Notes: generated by a model not told the origin, from the sequence alone. A DNA stretch of 64,000 nucleotides from Candidatus Parcubacteria bacterium (GCA_019658995.1 JAIFWN010000003.1:2436-66435), one strand, 5' to 3'. Positions 39,001-47,060 are shown, counted from the stretch's first letter. Program-made: numbers and translations.

Positions 39001-41061
39001 GAACGAGGTGGAGGGTTAACCGCTACCGGTGACCAGTCAACAATTGGCGCATTTATCTCTGGTCCGACGATGAACGTGGCGGCAAATAGCGGAGGTACGG
39101 CCTTTCAGCTTCCTGACGGCAAGTTCGCCATCATAACGGGAGCTGCGACTACCACTACATCCAACAGTATGCAGTTCTACGATGCAGGATGGGTAGCGAG
39201 TGGCATATACAGGTCTGAGCAATTTGACCTCTCTCCAGTGGGGACGAAGCTCGATTCCAACTCAACTCTTAACTGGAAGTCGAACATGATATCATCCGCT
39301 GTGGGCGGTATCTCCGCCGAAGTAAGGAGCGCTCCCACACAAGCTGCTCTGGCAACGAGTACTACGAGGGAGATACCGATATCGGGCGGACTCATCAATC
39401 CGGCCGCCACCGACACCTGGCTCCAGATAAACTTCAACTTCAGGAGAAGCTTCCCATCTTACGGAGGTATATACAGCGACGTATGGTACTCTTCCGCATC
39501 TATGAGCTATCCACTTCGTCCTGTTGTTACTCCGACTTTGTATGAATTTAAGATAACAAAAGATGATGATCTTTTGACTCTTAACGCCGATGGCTTGGCG
39601 CTCTTCAGAGTCAACTCTGGCGGAGACGTCTATACATCGACAGGAGGCACCATCAACACCTCCGGCGCAGACCTTGCCGAGCGCTATACCTCGCAAGAGC
39701 CTCTCGACTTCGGCGAAGTGGTCTCGGTCGATCCGATGAATAATCATGCGGTCAAGAAAACTTCTTACCAATATCAGCCCGATGCACTCGGTGTGGTCTC
39801 GACCGATCCGGGCTTCGTGGCGGGCGCTTATACTGAAGATTCTTATCCAATAGCTCTTGTCGGCCGCGTGCCGGTAAAGGTTTCGACGGAAAACGGCTTC
39901 ATCCGCGCCGGCGACAAGCTCACAGCAGCGAGCGTCCCTGGCTATGCCATGAAGGCTACTCTTGCCGGACATGTTATCGGCCACGCACTCGAGAATCTTA
40001 AGAGCGATAAGCTTGTAGACTGCCCGGCAAGCAGTATCGTCATACCCGGCAGGAAGTGCGGAGTTGTGATGATGTTCGTCAGCCTTGGGGATTTCATAGG
40101 AGAACCGGTTGGCGATGCCATGATGGAGTACAACAGTTTGCACAATATAGATATTTCGAGCTTTGCTACTACATCTGTGATGCTCGGCGATGAAGCTATA
40201 GGCATTGTACCGGGTACGAGGGAAGCCAACGTATTGAACTTCCTAGAAAACCTGAGGAAGGATAGGGAAGCCGGCTCTTCTTACCGCTCCGAAGTATTTG
40301 CCGATAGAGTATCGGCTGTTTCAGACATTATCGCGCCAAACATTTTTACCCGTATTCTCAAGGCTGAAAGTGTGGAAGGACTGACATTTAAAAGCGATAA
40401 GGTCATTGCCAATGCTTTGGTAGTAAATAGCATCGGTGCTGAGGGCACGACCACGCTAGCTCTTATGGGTGATGTGAACTTCTTCGGTCGACCTTACTTT
40501 ACTTCGGACACTGCTGGCAGTGCCATCATAAAGAAGGGCGCTAAAACAGTGGAGATCATCTTCGACAAGGAGTACATCGATACGCCGATAGTGAGTTCCA
40601 CTATCGCTCTTGAGTCGGCTTCGACGAGCGAAGCACAGGAAGAAGAGATATTCACTCAAGATATCCGCTTCATAGTCTCAAGAAAGAGTGTTCACGGCTT
40701 TACCATAATCTTGAACAAGCCGGCTCCAAACGACATCGGCTTCAGCTGGATAGCTCTGGCGGTGAAGGACTCAAAACTCTTCACCTCAAGAGAAATACCG
40801 CTTGCCGAGACTACTCCGATCACCGCAGTTGTAGAATCTGTGCCTCCTCCGCCAACAACTCCGCCAGTCTCAAATGAGCCGACTTCTACAACCACTATGC
40901 CAGTTGAGGCAACAAGCACTCCATCTATGATAGAAACCACGCCTACAACTACTCCTTCCGTATTACCATCTGAACCAGAATTAACTCCCCAAGTCGAGCC
41001 CGAATCAACACCTATAGTTGATGTTTCTCCATCTGAACCATCCCCGCAAAGCGGGCCATAA
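35356..41061 (+). CDS. Giant surface/fibre protein, C-terminal part (Kelch-like propellers, Peptidase_G2-like domain, Pro/Thr tail)
   Basis: Same repeat resumes in the new frame from 35356 (NFTFINATGSQ). Then 2x7 RxDG blades, ADLAE...GVVSTDP...ALVGRVPVKV, and a P/T/E-rich end. Confidence 0.85.
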   Translation, partial: NFTFINATGSQATTSNLFSTNIFGTTGNLSGLLTLGNLLLTGSSTLQNFTFVNATGTSATTTNFFATNASTTNLFATAIQAGTATFNTILANASSTLQNFTFVNATGTSATTTNFFATNASTTNFFFTTSNGGNETLTARTNATTTGTLNVNGLQFADNGANNRYWTITEDAGNNLQISYPVATDVRINQNFLVSGSTTLQNFTSLNATTAQATTTALAISSLNCSSGAQLLQTNSSGSVICGTDDGGAGSTPGGNAGAVQFNDGASGFTGNENYLFFSNANKLFGIGSSTPTAILSASSTTALLPVAIFDQRSTGGLLTLQRSGVDKFTVSNDGGLNIYGATSDSVKTTTGTGKSSDFDFTGSTIATASTTATNGYVTIIDGTISGDGIVSATTTTTGTVIGNGAQVIIRSDGQYVIIQGGGTATASIWDGFKSGSGAASMATTTIATGGTVNTGAIAVKRPDGRYVIFHGGAANLSSIFDPYNITAAVAGPPPGGACTTGTNAFLRPDGKYVVICGGTTGWGVYDPSQAPPGSLTAGTAIGGNWGAGAHALSRDDGTFLVYQGGGSNTFIYNPFTNTMTAGPTAPAAIAAGALSVRRQDGTFLTLPGAANTSYSYNPVSTTTPNGQGAFVTNFGVGPSSSLSDGSTILWRQDGKYTLITANTTVLNVVDPGSGSIVPKFTNPGAPLALSGNAGAGITAFMLPNGRYAILRGGGQAIDTYDMNFATGLSSGNVQNSYYESECIDNTNLSLDSTLNWNKNDEGTISAQIRTVTSPQDCSTATYRTIQSSGSLIGATTTANNRVQFKFFFQRELPRFLDQEWGVRKTAQTRYRRVNADPVLYDVTVDNSTSLHRTQFDFGNAVSSTTAPSSGPVAVNITNDTNRNNALALAAGVGYGTTINTANNGYYNGAFGFAQPLSTPTASTTVVMKRPDGKFTIIAGNNTINSNVYDPALATSTAATAAANKPTVQIGNGALAFKRPDGKFLIVMGNTSSTTVSSVGATTTNIYDPVTDTYVAGPNLATGGSSNGAGAGAAVIPLPSGRVLIIHGNATNATSVYDPVQNTMTAGPNPTAVVGYGSIVIPRPNGQYMFIPGMVSLTSCTVNTTVNLFDPYAMVFTTNAGVANAGGTGPGAFALQRSDGTWLIVRGGASTGCLGTGTTAIYDPVSHLSTITGPGLSTNVGLGAYALPRPDGTWLLVNGGGGVSLAGQSATQIYIERGGGLTATGDQSTIGAFISGPTMNVAANSGGTAFQLPDGKFAIITGAATTTTSNSMQFYDAGWVASGIYRSEQFDLSPVGTKLDSNSTLNWKSNMISSAVGGISAEVRSAPTQAALATSTTREIPISGGLINPAATDTWLQINFNFRRSFPSYGGIYSDVWYSSASMSYPLRPVVTPTLYEFKITKDDDLLTLNADGLALFRVNSGGDVYTSTGGTINTSGADLAERYTSQEPLDFGEVVSVDPMNNHAVKKTSYQYQPDALGVVSTDPGFVAGAYTEDSYPIALVGRVPVKVSTENGFIRAGDKLTAASVPGYAMKATLAGHVIGHALENLKSDKLVDCPASSIVIPGRKCGVVMMFVSLGDFIGEPVGDAMMEYNSLHNIDISSFATTSVMLGDEAIGIVPGTREANVLNFLENLRKDREAGSSYRSEVFADRVSAVSDIIAPNIFTRILKAESVEGLTFKSDKVIANALVVNSIGAEGTTTLALMGDVNFFGRPYFTSDTAGSAIIKKGAKTVEIIFDKEYIDTPIVSSTIALESASTSEAQEEEIFTQDIRFIVSRKSVHGFTIILNKPAPNDIGFSWIALAVKDSKLFTSREIPLAETTPITAVVESVPPPPTTPPVSNEPTSTTTMPVEATSTPSMIETTPTTTPSVLPSEPELTPQVEPESTPIVDVSPSEPSPQSGP

Positions 41062-41069
41062 AATAAAAT

Positions 41070-41471
41070 ATGACAAAAAAATATAAACTTGCTTTAAGTG
41101 TTGCTCTAGTTTTGGTGATGGGCGTGTTTGTTGGAGTAGGGATCGTAAAGGCGACTGGAAGTAACCAAATAACCACTTTTAATTTAATAGGGGATAATAA
41201 GTTCAAATTTCATGTAGTTAGCTTCGATTGCTCTACATCTACTGACGAAACTTTCACATTACCTACAACCGTTCAGAATAACGGAGTGATTCAAGTAGTA
41301 AAAACAGATTCAACCTCTTGCTCTGGTAGAAAGATAACTCTCCTACCATCTTCGGGAGATATGATTGAAGGCGGACCCGAATATGTTATTTTTTCTGGTA
41401 CAGGTTCTGCAGTTACATTTGTTGCTGACGGAGCAAATAGAAATTGGTGGGCAATTAGTAGCTATAGATAG
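41070..41471 (+). CDS. Small exported protein with phage-tail-accessory-like motif
   Basis: Signal/TM segment, TFTLP...VVKTD...ITL...DMIEG...VTFVADG...WW pattern. AT-rich. Confidence 0.6.
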   Translation: MTKKYKLALSVALVLVMGVFVGVGIVKATGSNQITTFNLIGDNKFKFHVVSFDCSTSTDETFTLPTTVQNNGVIQVVKTDSTSCSGRKITLLPSSGDMIEGGPEYVIFSGTGSAVTFVADGANRNWWAISSYR

Positions 41472-41523
41472 TAAATTAGTCATAATCTAGCTGGTCATAC
41501 TTGGCTCTGCTATAATTCGCTCA

Positions 41524-41919
41524 ATGGAAAATTTGAAGCAGGAATTCAAGAGTCTGTCTAAGAAGTTAAGAATGGTATTTCTGGCAGTTCTGACAGTCGG
41601 GATCCTTAGCTTAATCTCAACGGCCGTATTGGCAGAGAAGCTCCAGAAGGCTTCGGATCCGGCTCTGGCTGCGCAGGAAGAGATACAGAAGGTCGTGGCT
41701 GAAGTGGGAAGGTTCATAATCCTGCCTGACGATGAGACCCCAACCATGGCAACTGTCTCGGACCCCTCGAAGCTTAGCGGCCAGCCGTTCTTCGAAAATG
41801 CGGAAGCTGGTGATAAGGTTCTCATCTATACCATATCCAGGAAGGCTATACTCTGGAGACCGTCTACAAAGAAAATAATCGAGGTAGCCTCTATCAATGT
41901 CACTTCTCCAGCACAATAA
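41524..41919 (+). CDS. Conserved bitopic hypothetical protein
   Basis: TM helix, then LPDDETPTMATVSD...QPFFENAEAGDKVLIY...KAILWRPS. Preceded by TGCTATAAT. Confidence 0.75.
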   Translation: MENLKQEFKSLSKKLRMVFLAVLTVGILSLISTAVLAEKLQKASDPALAAQEEIQKVVAEVGRFIILPDDETPTMATVSDPSKLSGQPFFENAEAGDKVLIYTISRKAILWRPSTKKIIEVASINVTSPAQ

Positions 41920-43243
41920 CAGAGCACTTAAGGTTCTCATTCTCTCTTTCGTCTTTGCCGGAATATTTTCCACAGCTAGGGCGCAAAACTTCTCTTCCGG
42001 CGGCTATTCCGTACTCGCTCCAGTTATCGCTCCCGGCGGACACTCTACCTCCCCAAGCTACTCTCTCATAAGCGTAATATCCCAGCTTGCCATAGGCACT
42101 TCATCGGCAACCGCTTTTAATCTATCAAGCGGTTTCCTGTATTATCCCTTCATAACCACGCCTATTCTCGCGGCCACTCCGGGTAATGCGCAGGTAGTGC
42201 TCAATTGGACGGCTGCCGACGGTGTGCTTGGCTGGTCGGTCGGCTCGTACTCGGTGGGACAAACTGTTACGGCGGGCAGTGATTACTCATACACTAATGT
42301 CGGCAATGTACTCACCTCGACTCGTACAGGACTTTCCAATGGCACTACTTACTACTTTATAATCCGGGTCATCGACGCGGCTGGCAATACAGTAGCTACT
42401 TCGACTGAAGTCTTTGCTATGCCCGTCGCTCCGGCTGGCGGAGGAGGTGGAGGCGGGGGCGGAGGTGGCGGAGGAGGTGGAGGCGGGGGCGGAGGATACA
42501 CTGGCGGTGGTACTGGGAGCGGCAGAGTGAACTTCTCAGGACGGGCCTATCCGCGAAGTACGGTGACGGTTCTTAAGGACGCACAAGTTGTCATTACTAC
42601 CGTGGCTGATGCTGCAGCCAACTTCGCAGTCTCACTTATGAACCTCTCGGGAGGTAATTACTTCTTCTCATTATATAGCGAAGACAACAATGGCGTGCGC
42701 AGCAGTCTCCTGACCTTTCCGGTTTCCGTTACCGATGGCTCTACCATGAATATCGGAGGCATCTTCATCACTCCGACCATTGCCGTAGACAAAAGCGAAG
42801 TCAAAAGGGGAGACAATATCTCTATCTTTGGCCAGACGGCCGCCCAGAGTGATGTCACGATCCAGGTTAACTCCGACGAGCCCTTCTTCGCCAAAACCAA
42901 GGCTGATGCCTCCGGTGGCTATCTCTATAATTTCGACACGGTGCCACTTGAGTATGGCGACCACAGCACCAAATCCAAGAGCGCTTTGTCGGGTGAGATC
43001 AGCTCATTCAGCTCCGTTGCCGCCTTCAAAGTCGGCACACAGAACGTGCTTATAGGCAACTTGCCGAAGACTTGCAATAAAAAGGGCGATACCAACAAGG
43101 ACTGCAAGGTTAACCTTGTGGACTTCTCTATAGTAGCCTTCTGGTACAAGCGCCCCAATCCGCCGGCCAATGTCGATCTGAACGGCGATAAAAAAGTGGA
43201 CCTCATAGACTTTTCCATACTGGCTTATAACTGGACCGGATGA
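41897..43243 (+). CDS. Secreted FN3 + poly-Gly + Ig-like + dockerin protein
   Basis: Signal peptide. FN3 (ATPGNAQVVLNW...TGLSNGTTYYFII), G20 linker, two Ig-like repeats (SGRAYP, FGQTA), duplicated Ca-loops GDTNKDCKVNLVD and DLNGDKKVDLID. Confidence 0.82.
   Translation: MSLLQHNNRALKVLILSFVFAGIFSTARAQNFSSGGYSVLAPVIAPGGHSTSPSYSLISVISQLAIGTSSATAFNLSSGFLYYPFITTPILAATPGNAQVVLNWTAADGVLGWSVGSYSVGQTVTAGSDYSYTNVGNVLTSTRTGLSNGTTYYFIIRVIDAAGNTVATSTEVFAMPVAPAGGGGGGGGGGGGGGGGGGGGYTGGGTGSGRVNFSGRAYPRSTVTVLKDAQVVITTVADAAANFAVSLMNLSGGNYFFSLYSEDNNGVRSSLLTFPVSVTDGSTMNIGGIFITPTIAVDKSEVKRGDNISIFGQTAAQSDVTIQVNSDEPFFAKTKADASGGYLYNFDTVPLEYGDHSTKSKSALSGEISSFSSVAAFKVGTQNVLIGNLPKTCNKKGDTNKDCKVNLVDFSIVAFWYKRPNPPANVDLNGDKKVDLIDFSILAYNWTG
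42437..42496 (+). repeat. 30-bp tandem duplication encoding Gly20
   Basis: GGCGGAGGAGGTGGAGGCGGGGGCGGAGG(T/A) twice. Confidence 0.9.
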
Positions 43244-44010
43244 TGAAATACCCAATATATATAGCATCTCTTATGCTTCTGCTCCCTGTGACTCTCTCCG
43301 CAGCTACGGCTGTTATAGAAGTTGATACGATATCGGAATCCGTGAACGCACTCGAAGCTACTGTCCGGATCCCTTTAGGTATGGAAGTTAAAGAAGTCCG
43401 AAGCGGTGATTCGGTAATAGTCTTTTGGATCACTCCGCCTACGCTGTCGACATCGACAAATTCCATTTCCTTTGCCGGATTTACTCCGGGCGGGTTCAAG
43501 GGCAAACGGACGGTCTTCTCTGTTGTCGGTGAGTTCGACAAGAGCGATCTCTCCGGCATAACATTCAGCGCGGTGCAGGCGCTTAAGAACGACGGTGAGG
43601 GCACGTCTGCCTCGGTCAGGCTTAGCGCCTCTCTTTCAGAATCGGTAGAGGATACCATCGTGCCGGAAACATTTGCTCCTCTTCTGTCGCGATCCGACGA
43701 TGTCTATGCCGGCCGGCTGTTCGTTTCCTTCTCGGCTCTCGATAAGAATACCGGTGTAGCCAAGTTTGAGGTAGCCGAGACCTTCTTCGGCCGACCTGAT
43801 GACGAGGACTGGGTGGAGGCCGCAAGTCCGTATGAAGTCAAAGACAATCTGCTCTTGAAGAGAGTTTATATAAAAGCTACTGACCATAAGGGCAATTACA
43901 GAGTAGAGTCTGTTTCTCTGCCGTACAGGCTCCCCGCAGAGATTTTCCTTGCTATAATTATTGGAGCGTTATGTATACTCGCTCTTCGCTATTCAAAGCG
44001 CTCTTCGTAA
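43240..44010 (+). CDS. Cohesin-like protein with C-terminal membrane anchor
   Basis: Signal peptide, VNALEATV...FW...ISFAGFTPGGF...ALKNDGEGT (paralogous to the next gene), Ig-like domain, TM helix and basic tail. Confidence 0.65.
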   Translation: MMKYPIYIASLMLLLPVTLSAATAVIEVDTISESVNALEATVRIPLGMEVKEVRSGDSVIVFWITPPTLSTSTNSISFAGFTPGGFKGKRTVFSVVGEFDKSDLSGITFSAVQALKNDGEGTSASVRLSASLSESVEDTIVPETFAPLLSRSDDVYAGRLFVSFSALDKNTGVAKFEVAETFFGRPDDEDWVEAASPYEVKDNLLLKRVYIKATDHKGNYRVESVSLPYRLPAEIFLAIIIGALCILALRYSKRSS

Positions 44011-45728
44011 TAATCTTCTTCGTCGCGCCGGTTCTGGCCAGTGCCGCTACGCTCTTCATTTCGCCGGAATCAGATTCATACGCTGCGGGAAAAACTTTCT
44101 CTATAAGAGTCAGGGTTTCTTCGCCTCAGGCTATCAATGCGGTATCGGGATCTCTCACCTTTCCGACGGACAAGCTGCAGGTTACATCGGTTTCTAAAAC
44201 CGGCTCGATACTGACTCTGTGGGTTGCCGATCCTTCATACTCCAACTCTGATGGCAAGGTGAGCTTCGAAGGTGTTGTACCTAACCCGGGATGGAGCGGT
44301 ACGGGTGGAACTGTCGCTACCGTCAGCTTCCGCGTAGTCGGATCAGGCTCCGCCAAGGTTTCCTATACGGCCGCATCGGTCCTGGCAAACGATGGCAATG
44401 GTACAGAGCTCTGCTACAATTGCGGTCTCTCAGCGACATACACCCTAGGCGGAGCTCCAGCTCCGGTAGTCCCGGCTGAGGAAGTCGAGCCTTCGGGTAC
44501 TCCCGGCGCTCCCAATATCACTTCGTCTTCGCACCCGGTGCAGAGCAAATGGTATGGGGAGGAAGATGCCAAGTTCTCCTGGACGAACGAGCCGGGCGTG
44601 ACGGCAACCAGAGTGCTTCTGGGAAAGAGCGCCAATTCCACTCCGACCGCGGAGTACACTCCGCCCATAACTAATAGGGAGATAGACAATATCGAAGATG
44701 GCATATGGTATTTCCACGTACAGAACAAGAATAGTAAAGGTTGGGGTTCGACCGCCCACTACATGATCAAGGTCGATACCACTGATCCTGACTCATTTGT
44801 AATGAAAGAGGTGGCGCGTCCCGATGATACCGATCCGAGAGTCAGACTGTCGCTCTCTGCCTCCGACGATACCTCGGGTATAAAGTCCTTCGGCATTCAA
44901 GTGGACAAGGGTGAGATGCAAGACTGGGTCGAAGACGGTACCGGCATATATGTGACAGATCCTCTGCCGCCGGGCGAGCATACAATTTTTGCCAGAGCTT
45001 ATGACGAGGCGGGGAACTTCGCTACGGCTTCGGTTAATGTGGAGGTGAAGGGAATCCCGGCACCCAAGATCACTTCGTATACCGACAAGATTTCCGGATC
45101 GGCGCCAATCATTGTAAGAGGTACAGCTTTGCCAAACTCGATAGTTAGAGTCACTCTTACTAAGGGCGGATCTCTCGGCGGGATCTTCGGCTCCGACTCC
45201 GGAGAAATATCACCGTTTACCAAGGATACCAAATCCGATGACTCCGGCGATTTCTCACTTTCTCTGGATACCAAGGGCATGGAGAGCGGAGCATACGACT
45301 TGACCGCCATAGCTATAGACCGTCGAGGCGCCCAAAGCGAGCCGACCGCACCGAAGACCGTGCTCATCAACGCCGGATGGCTCCGCTCTATAGGTTCGAC
45401 GATCCTTACCGTCCTGGCCATAGCGGTGCCAGTGCTTGCACTCCTCTTCCTCCTCTTTATCATATTCATGAGGGGTTTCCATACCGTGAGGATGACCAAC
45501 AGGAAGTTCAGGGCCGAACTTCATAATATAGAGCATCTGGTCGATCAATCCTTCGTCCTTCTCAAGGAAGACGTCGAGGACTCTATCAGGCTATTAGAGA
45601 AGACGAAGTCGAGGAGGAAATTGACCGAGGAGGAGGAGGCTATAATTGATAGGCTCAGACAGAATCTCCGCGATGCCGAGAAGGTCATACACGGTCAGGT
45701 GAGAAGAATAGAGAAAGAAATTGGCTAA
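43971..45728 (+). CDS. Cohesin + Ig-like domains + TM + cytoplasmic coiled coil
   Basis: TLFISP...GKTFSIRVRV...INAVSGSLTFPTDKLQV...GTVATVSFRV..SGSAKVS cohesin pattern, Ig-like repeats, TM helix, helical tail. Confidence 0.78.
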   Translation: MYTRSSLFKALFVIIFFVAPVLASAATLFISPESDSYAAGKTFSIRVRVSSPQAINAVSGSLTFPTDKLQVTSVSKTGSILTLWVADPSYSNSDGKVSFEGVVPNPGWSGTGGTVATVSFRVVGSGSAKVSYTAASVLANDGNGTELCYNCGLSATYTLGGAPAPVVPAEEVEPSGTPGAPNITSSSHPVQSKWYGEEDAKFSWTNEPGVTATRVLLGKSANSTPTAEYTPPITNREIDNIEDGIWYFHVQNKNSKGWGSTAHYMIKVDTTDPDSFVMKEVARPDDTDPRVRLSLSASDDTSGIKSFGIQVDKGEMQDWVEDGTGIYVTDPLPPGEHTIFARAYDEAGNFATASVNVEVKGIPAPKITSYTDKISGSAPIIVRGTALPNSIVRVTLTKGGSLGGIFGSDSGEISPFTKDTKSDDSGDFSLSLDTKGMESGAYDLTAIAIDRRGAQSEPTAPKTVLINAGWLRSIGSTILTVLAIAVPVLALLFLLFIIFMRGFHTVRMTNRKFRAELHNIEHLVDQSFVLLKEDVEDSIRLLEKTKSRRKLTEEEEAIIDRLRQNLRDAEKVIHGQVRRIEKEIG

Positions 45729-45740
45729 AACTAAAACACA

Positions 45741-46112
45741 ATGACAGAACTTAATCCAAAACTTACCGAAGACGAAAAGGAAGTAATGTTTGCCAAAGGC
45801 ACTGAAGCTCCTTTCACCGGCGCTTATGTCCATACCAAGGACAAGGGTACATATATCTGCAAAAATTGCGGAGCGGAATTATTCAAATCCGATGCCAAAT
45901 TTGATTCCGGCACCGGCTGGCCCTCCTTCGACAATCCGGCCAACACGCAAAATGTAGTACTCGAGCCAGACAACTCCCATGACATGCACAGGACAGAGGT
46001 GAAGTGCGCGCACTGCGGAGCGCATCTCGGACATGTCTTCGATGACGGGCCGACTACGACAGGGAAGCGCTACTGCATCAACTCGGTTTGCCTGGATCTG
46101 AAAAAGGAGTAA
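45741..46112 (+). CDS. msrB: Peptide methionine sulfoxide reductase B
   Basis: GTEAPFTG, CxxC, FDSGTGWPSF, HLGHVFDDGP, RYCINS. Confidence 0.96.
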   Translation: MTELNPKLTEDEKEVMFAKGTEAPFTGAYVHTKDKGTYICKNCGAELFKSDAKFDSGTGWPSFDNPANTQNVVLEPDNSHDMHRTEVKCAHCGAHLGHVFDDGPTTTGKRYCINSVCLDLKKE

Positions 46113-46126
46113 TTCACAGAGTTGAC

Positions 46127-46155
46127 TTGACAAGAAAAGCGGGTTGGAATATAAT
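46127..46155 (+). promoter_or_regulatory. Consensus sigma70 promoter
   Basis: TTGACA-N17-TATAAT, perfect match. Confidence 0.9.
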
Positions 46156-46263
46156 AAGGGGGATGTAAGTTTCTCCATAGGTTTCGGGCTTGCCCTGTGA
46201 ACGTAGAAGAGAAAAGACCGGCGCTTACATGTTTAAAAATTTGGCCGGCAAATAGTTATAGAG

Positions 46264-46548
46264 ATGTCAACAAAGCTCTACGTAGGAGGTATTCCTTACA
46301 CCACGACCGAACAGTCGCTTAAGGATGCTTTCAGCAAGGCTGGTTCCGTTACTTCTGCTTCGATCATAATCGACAGAATGACGGGCCGCTCCAAGGGATT
46401 CGGTTTCGTCGAGATGGCAAATGATGCGGAAGCAGAAGCTGCCATCAACATGTGGAACGGTGTGGATTTCGAAGGTCGCAAGCTTACGGTCAACGTAGCT
46501 CGCCCCCTCGAGCCCCGCGCTCCGGGCATGAACCGCCGCCCTATGTAA
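46264..46548 (+). CDS. RRM RNA-binding protein
   Basis: RNP2 LYVGGI, RNP1 KGFGFVEM, GRKLTVNVARP. Confidence 0.95.
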   Translation: MSTKLYVGGIPYTTTEQSLKDAFSKAGSVTSASIIIDRMTGRSKGFGFVEMANDAEAEAAINMWNGVDFEGRKLTVNVARPLEPRAPGMNRRPM

Positions 46549-46570
46549 TATCCCGCAAGGGAATTTACAG

Positions 46571-46598
46571 ACAAAAGCTCCCGCAAGGGAGCTTTTGT
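46571..46598 (+). terminator. Intrinsic terminator
   Basis: ACAAAAGCTCCC-GCAA-GGGAGCTTTTGT. Confidence 0.88.
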
Positions 46599-46610
46599 TA
46601 TACTTTAAAT

Positions 46611-47060
46611 ATGAGTTTGAGGAAAAAGCTCGTCTTACTGGCAATAGCGGTATCGGCTCTGGTACTGGCTTTTAAATTCCTGCCGTATAGCTGCGACTGC
46701 GGACCGGATACGCTTCAGATCGGCGATACAACTATAAGCGTAGCCATTGCCGACTCTCCTGAGGAGAGGGAACAGGGGCTTTCGGGACGTGAAAGTCTTC
46801 CCGAGGGTAAGGGAATGCTTTTCGTTTTTGAAGAGCCCGGGGATTACGGCTTCTGGATGAGGGATATGAAGTTTCCGATAGATATTATTTGGATAAATTC
46901 CGAGAAGCGTGTGGTTGGTATAGAAAAGGACATCAAACCAGAAAGTTACCCTGATACTTTCCGGCCCAGCGAAGCCGTAAAATATGTCCTTGAGGTGCCA
47001 GCGGGTTTCTCTCAAAGACACTCGGTTGACACAGGCACGGAGGTGTATTTTGCATTCTAA
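46611..47060 (+). CDS. DUF192 family protein
   Basis: EREQGLSGR, GMLFVF, FWMRDMKFPIDIIW, YVLEVPAG. ATG at 46611 lies 6 nt after TGTTATACT. Confidence 0.9.
   Translation: MSLRKKLVLLAIAVSALVLAFKFLPYSCDCGPDTLQIGDTTISVAIADSPEEREQGLSGRESLPEGKGMLFVFEEPGDYGFWMRDMKFPIDIIWINSEKRVVGIEKDIKPESYPDTFRPSEAVKYVLEVPAGFSQRHSVDTGTEVYFAF

Noticed and set aside
26042-45728. tRNA-Ser-anchored genomic island or prophage
   Set aside because: No integrase, no duplicate of the tRNA 3' end seen, and no capsid, terminase or portal genes.
46452-46610. Upstream extension of the DUF192 ORF
   Set aside because: Overlaps the RRM gene and its terminator. ATG at 46611 has its own -10 box and gives a signal peptide.
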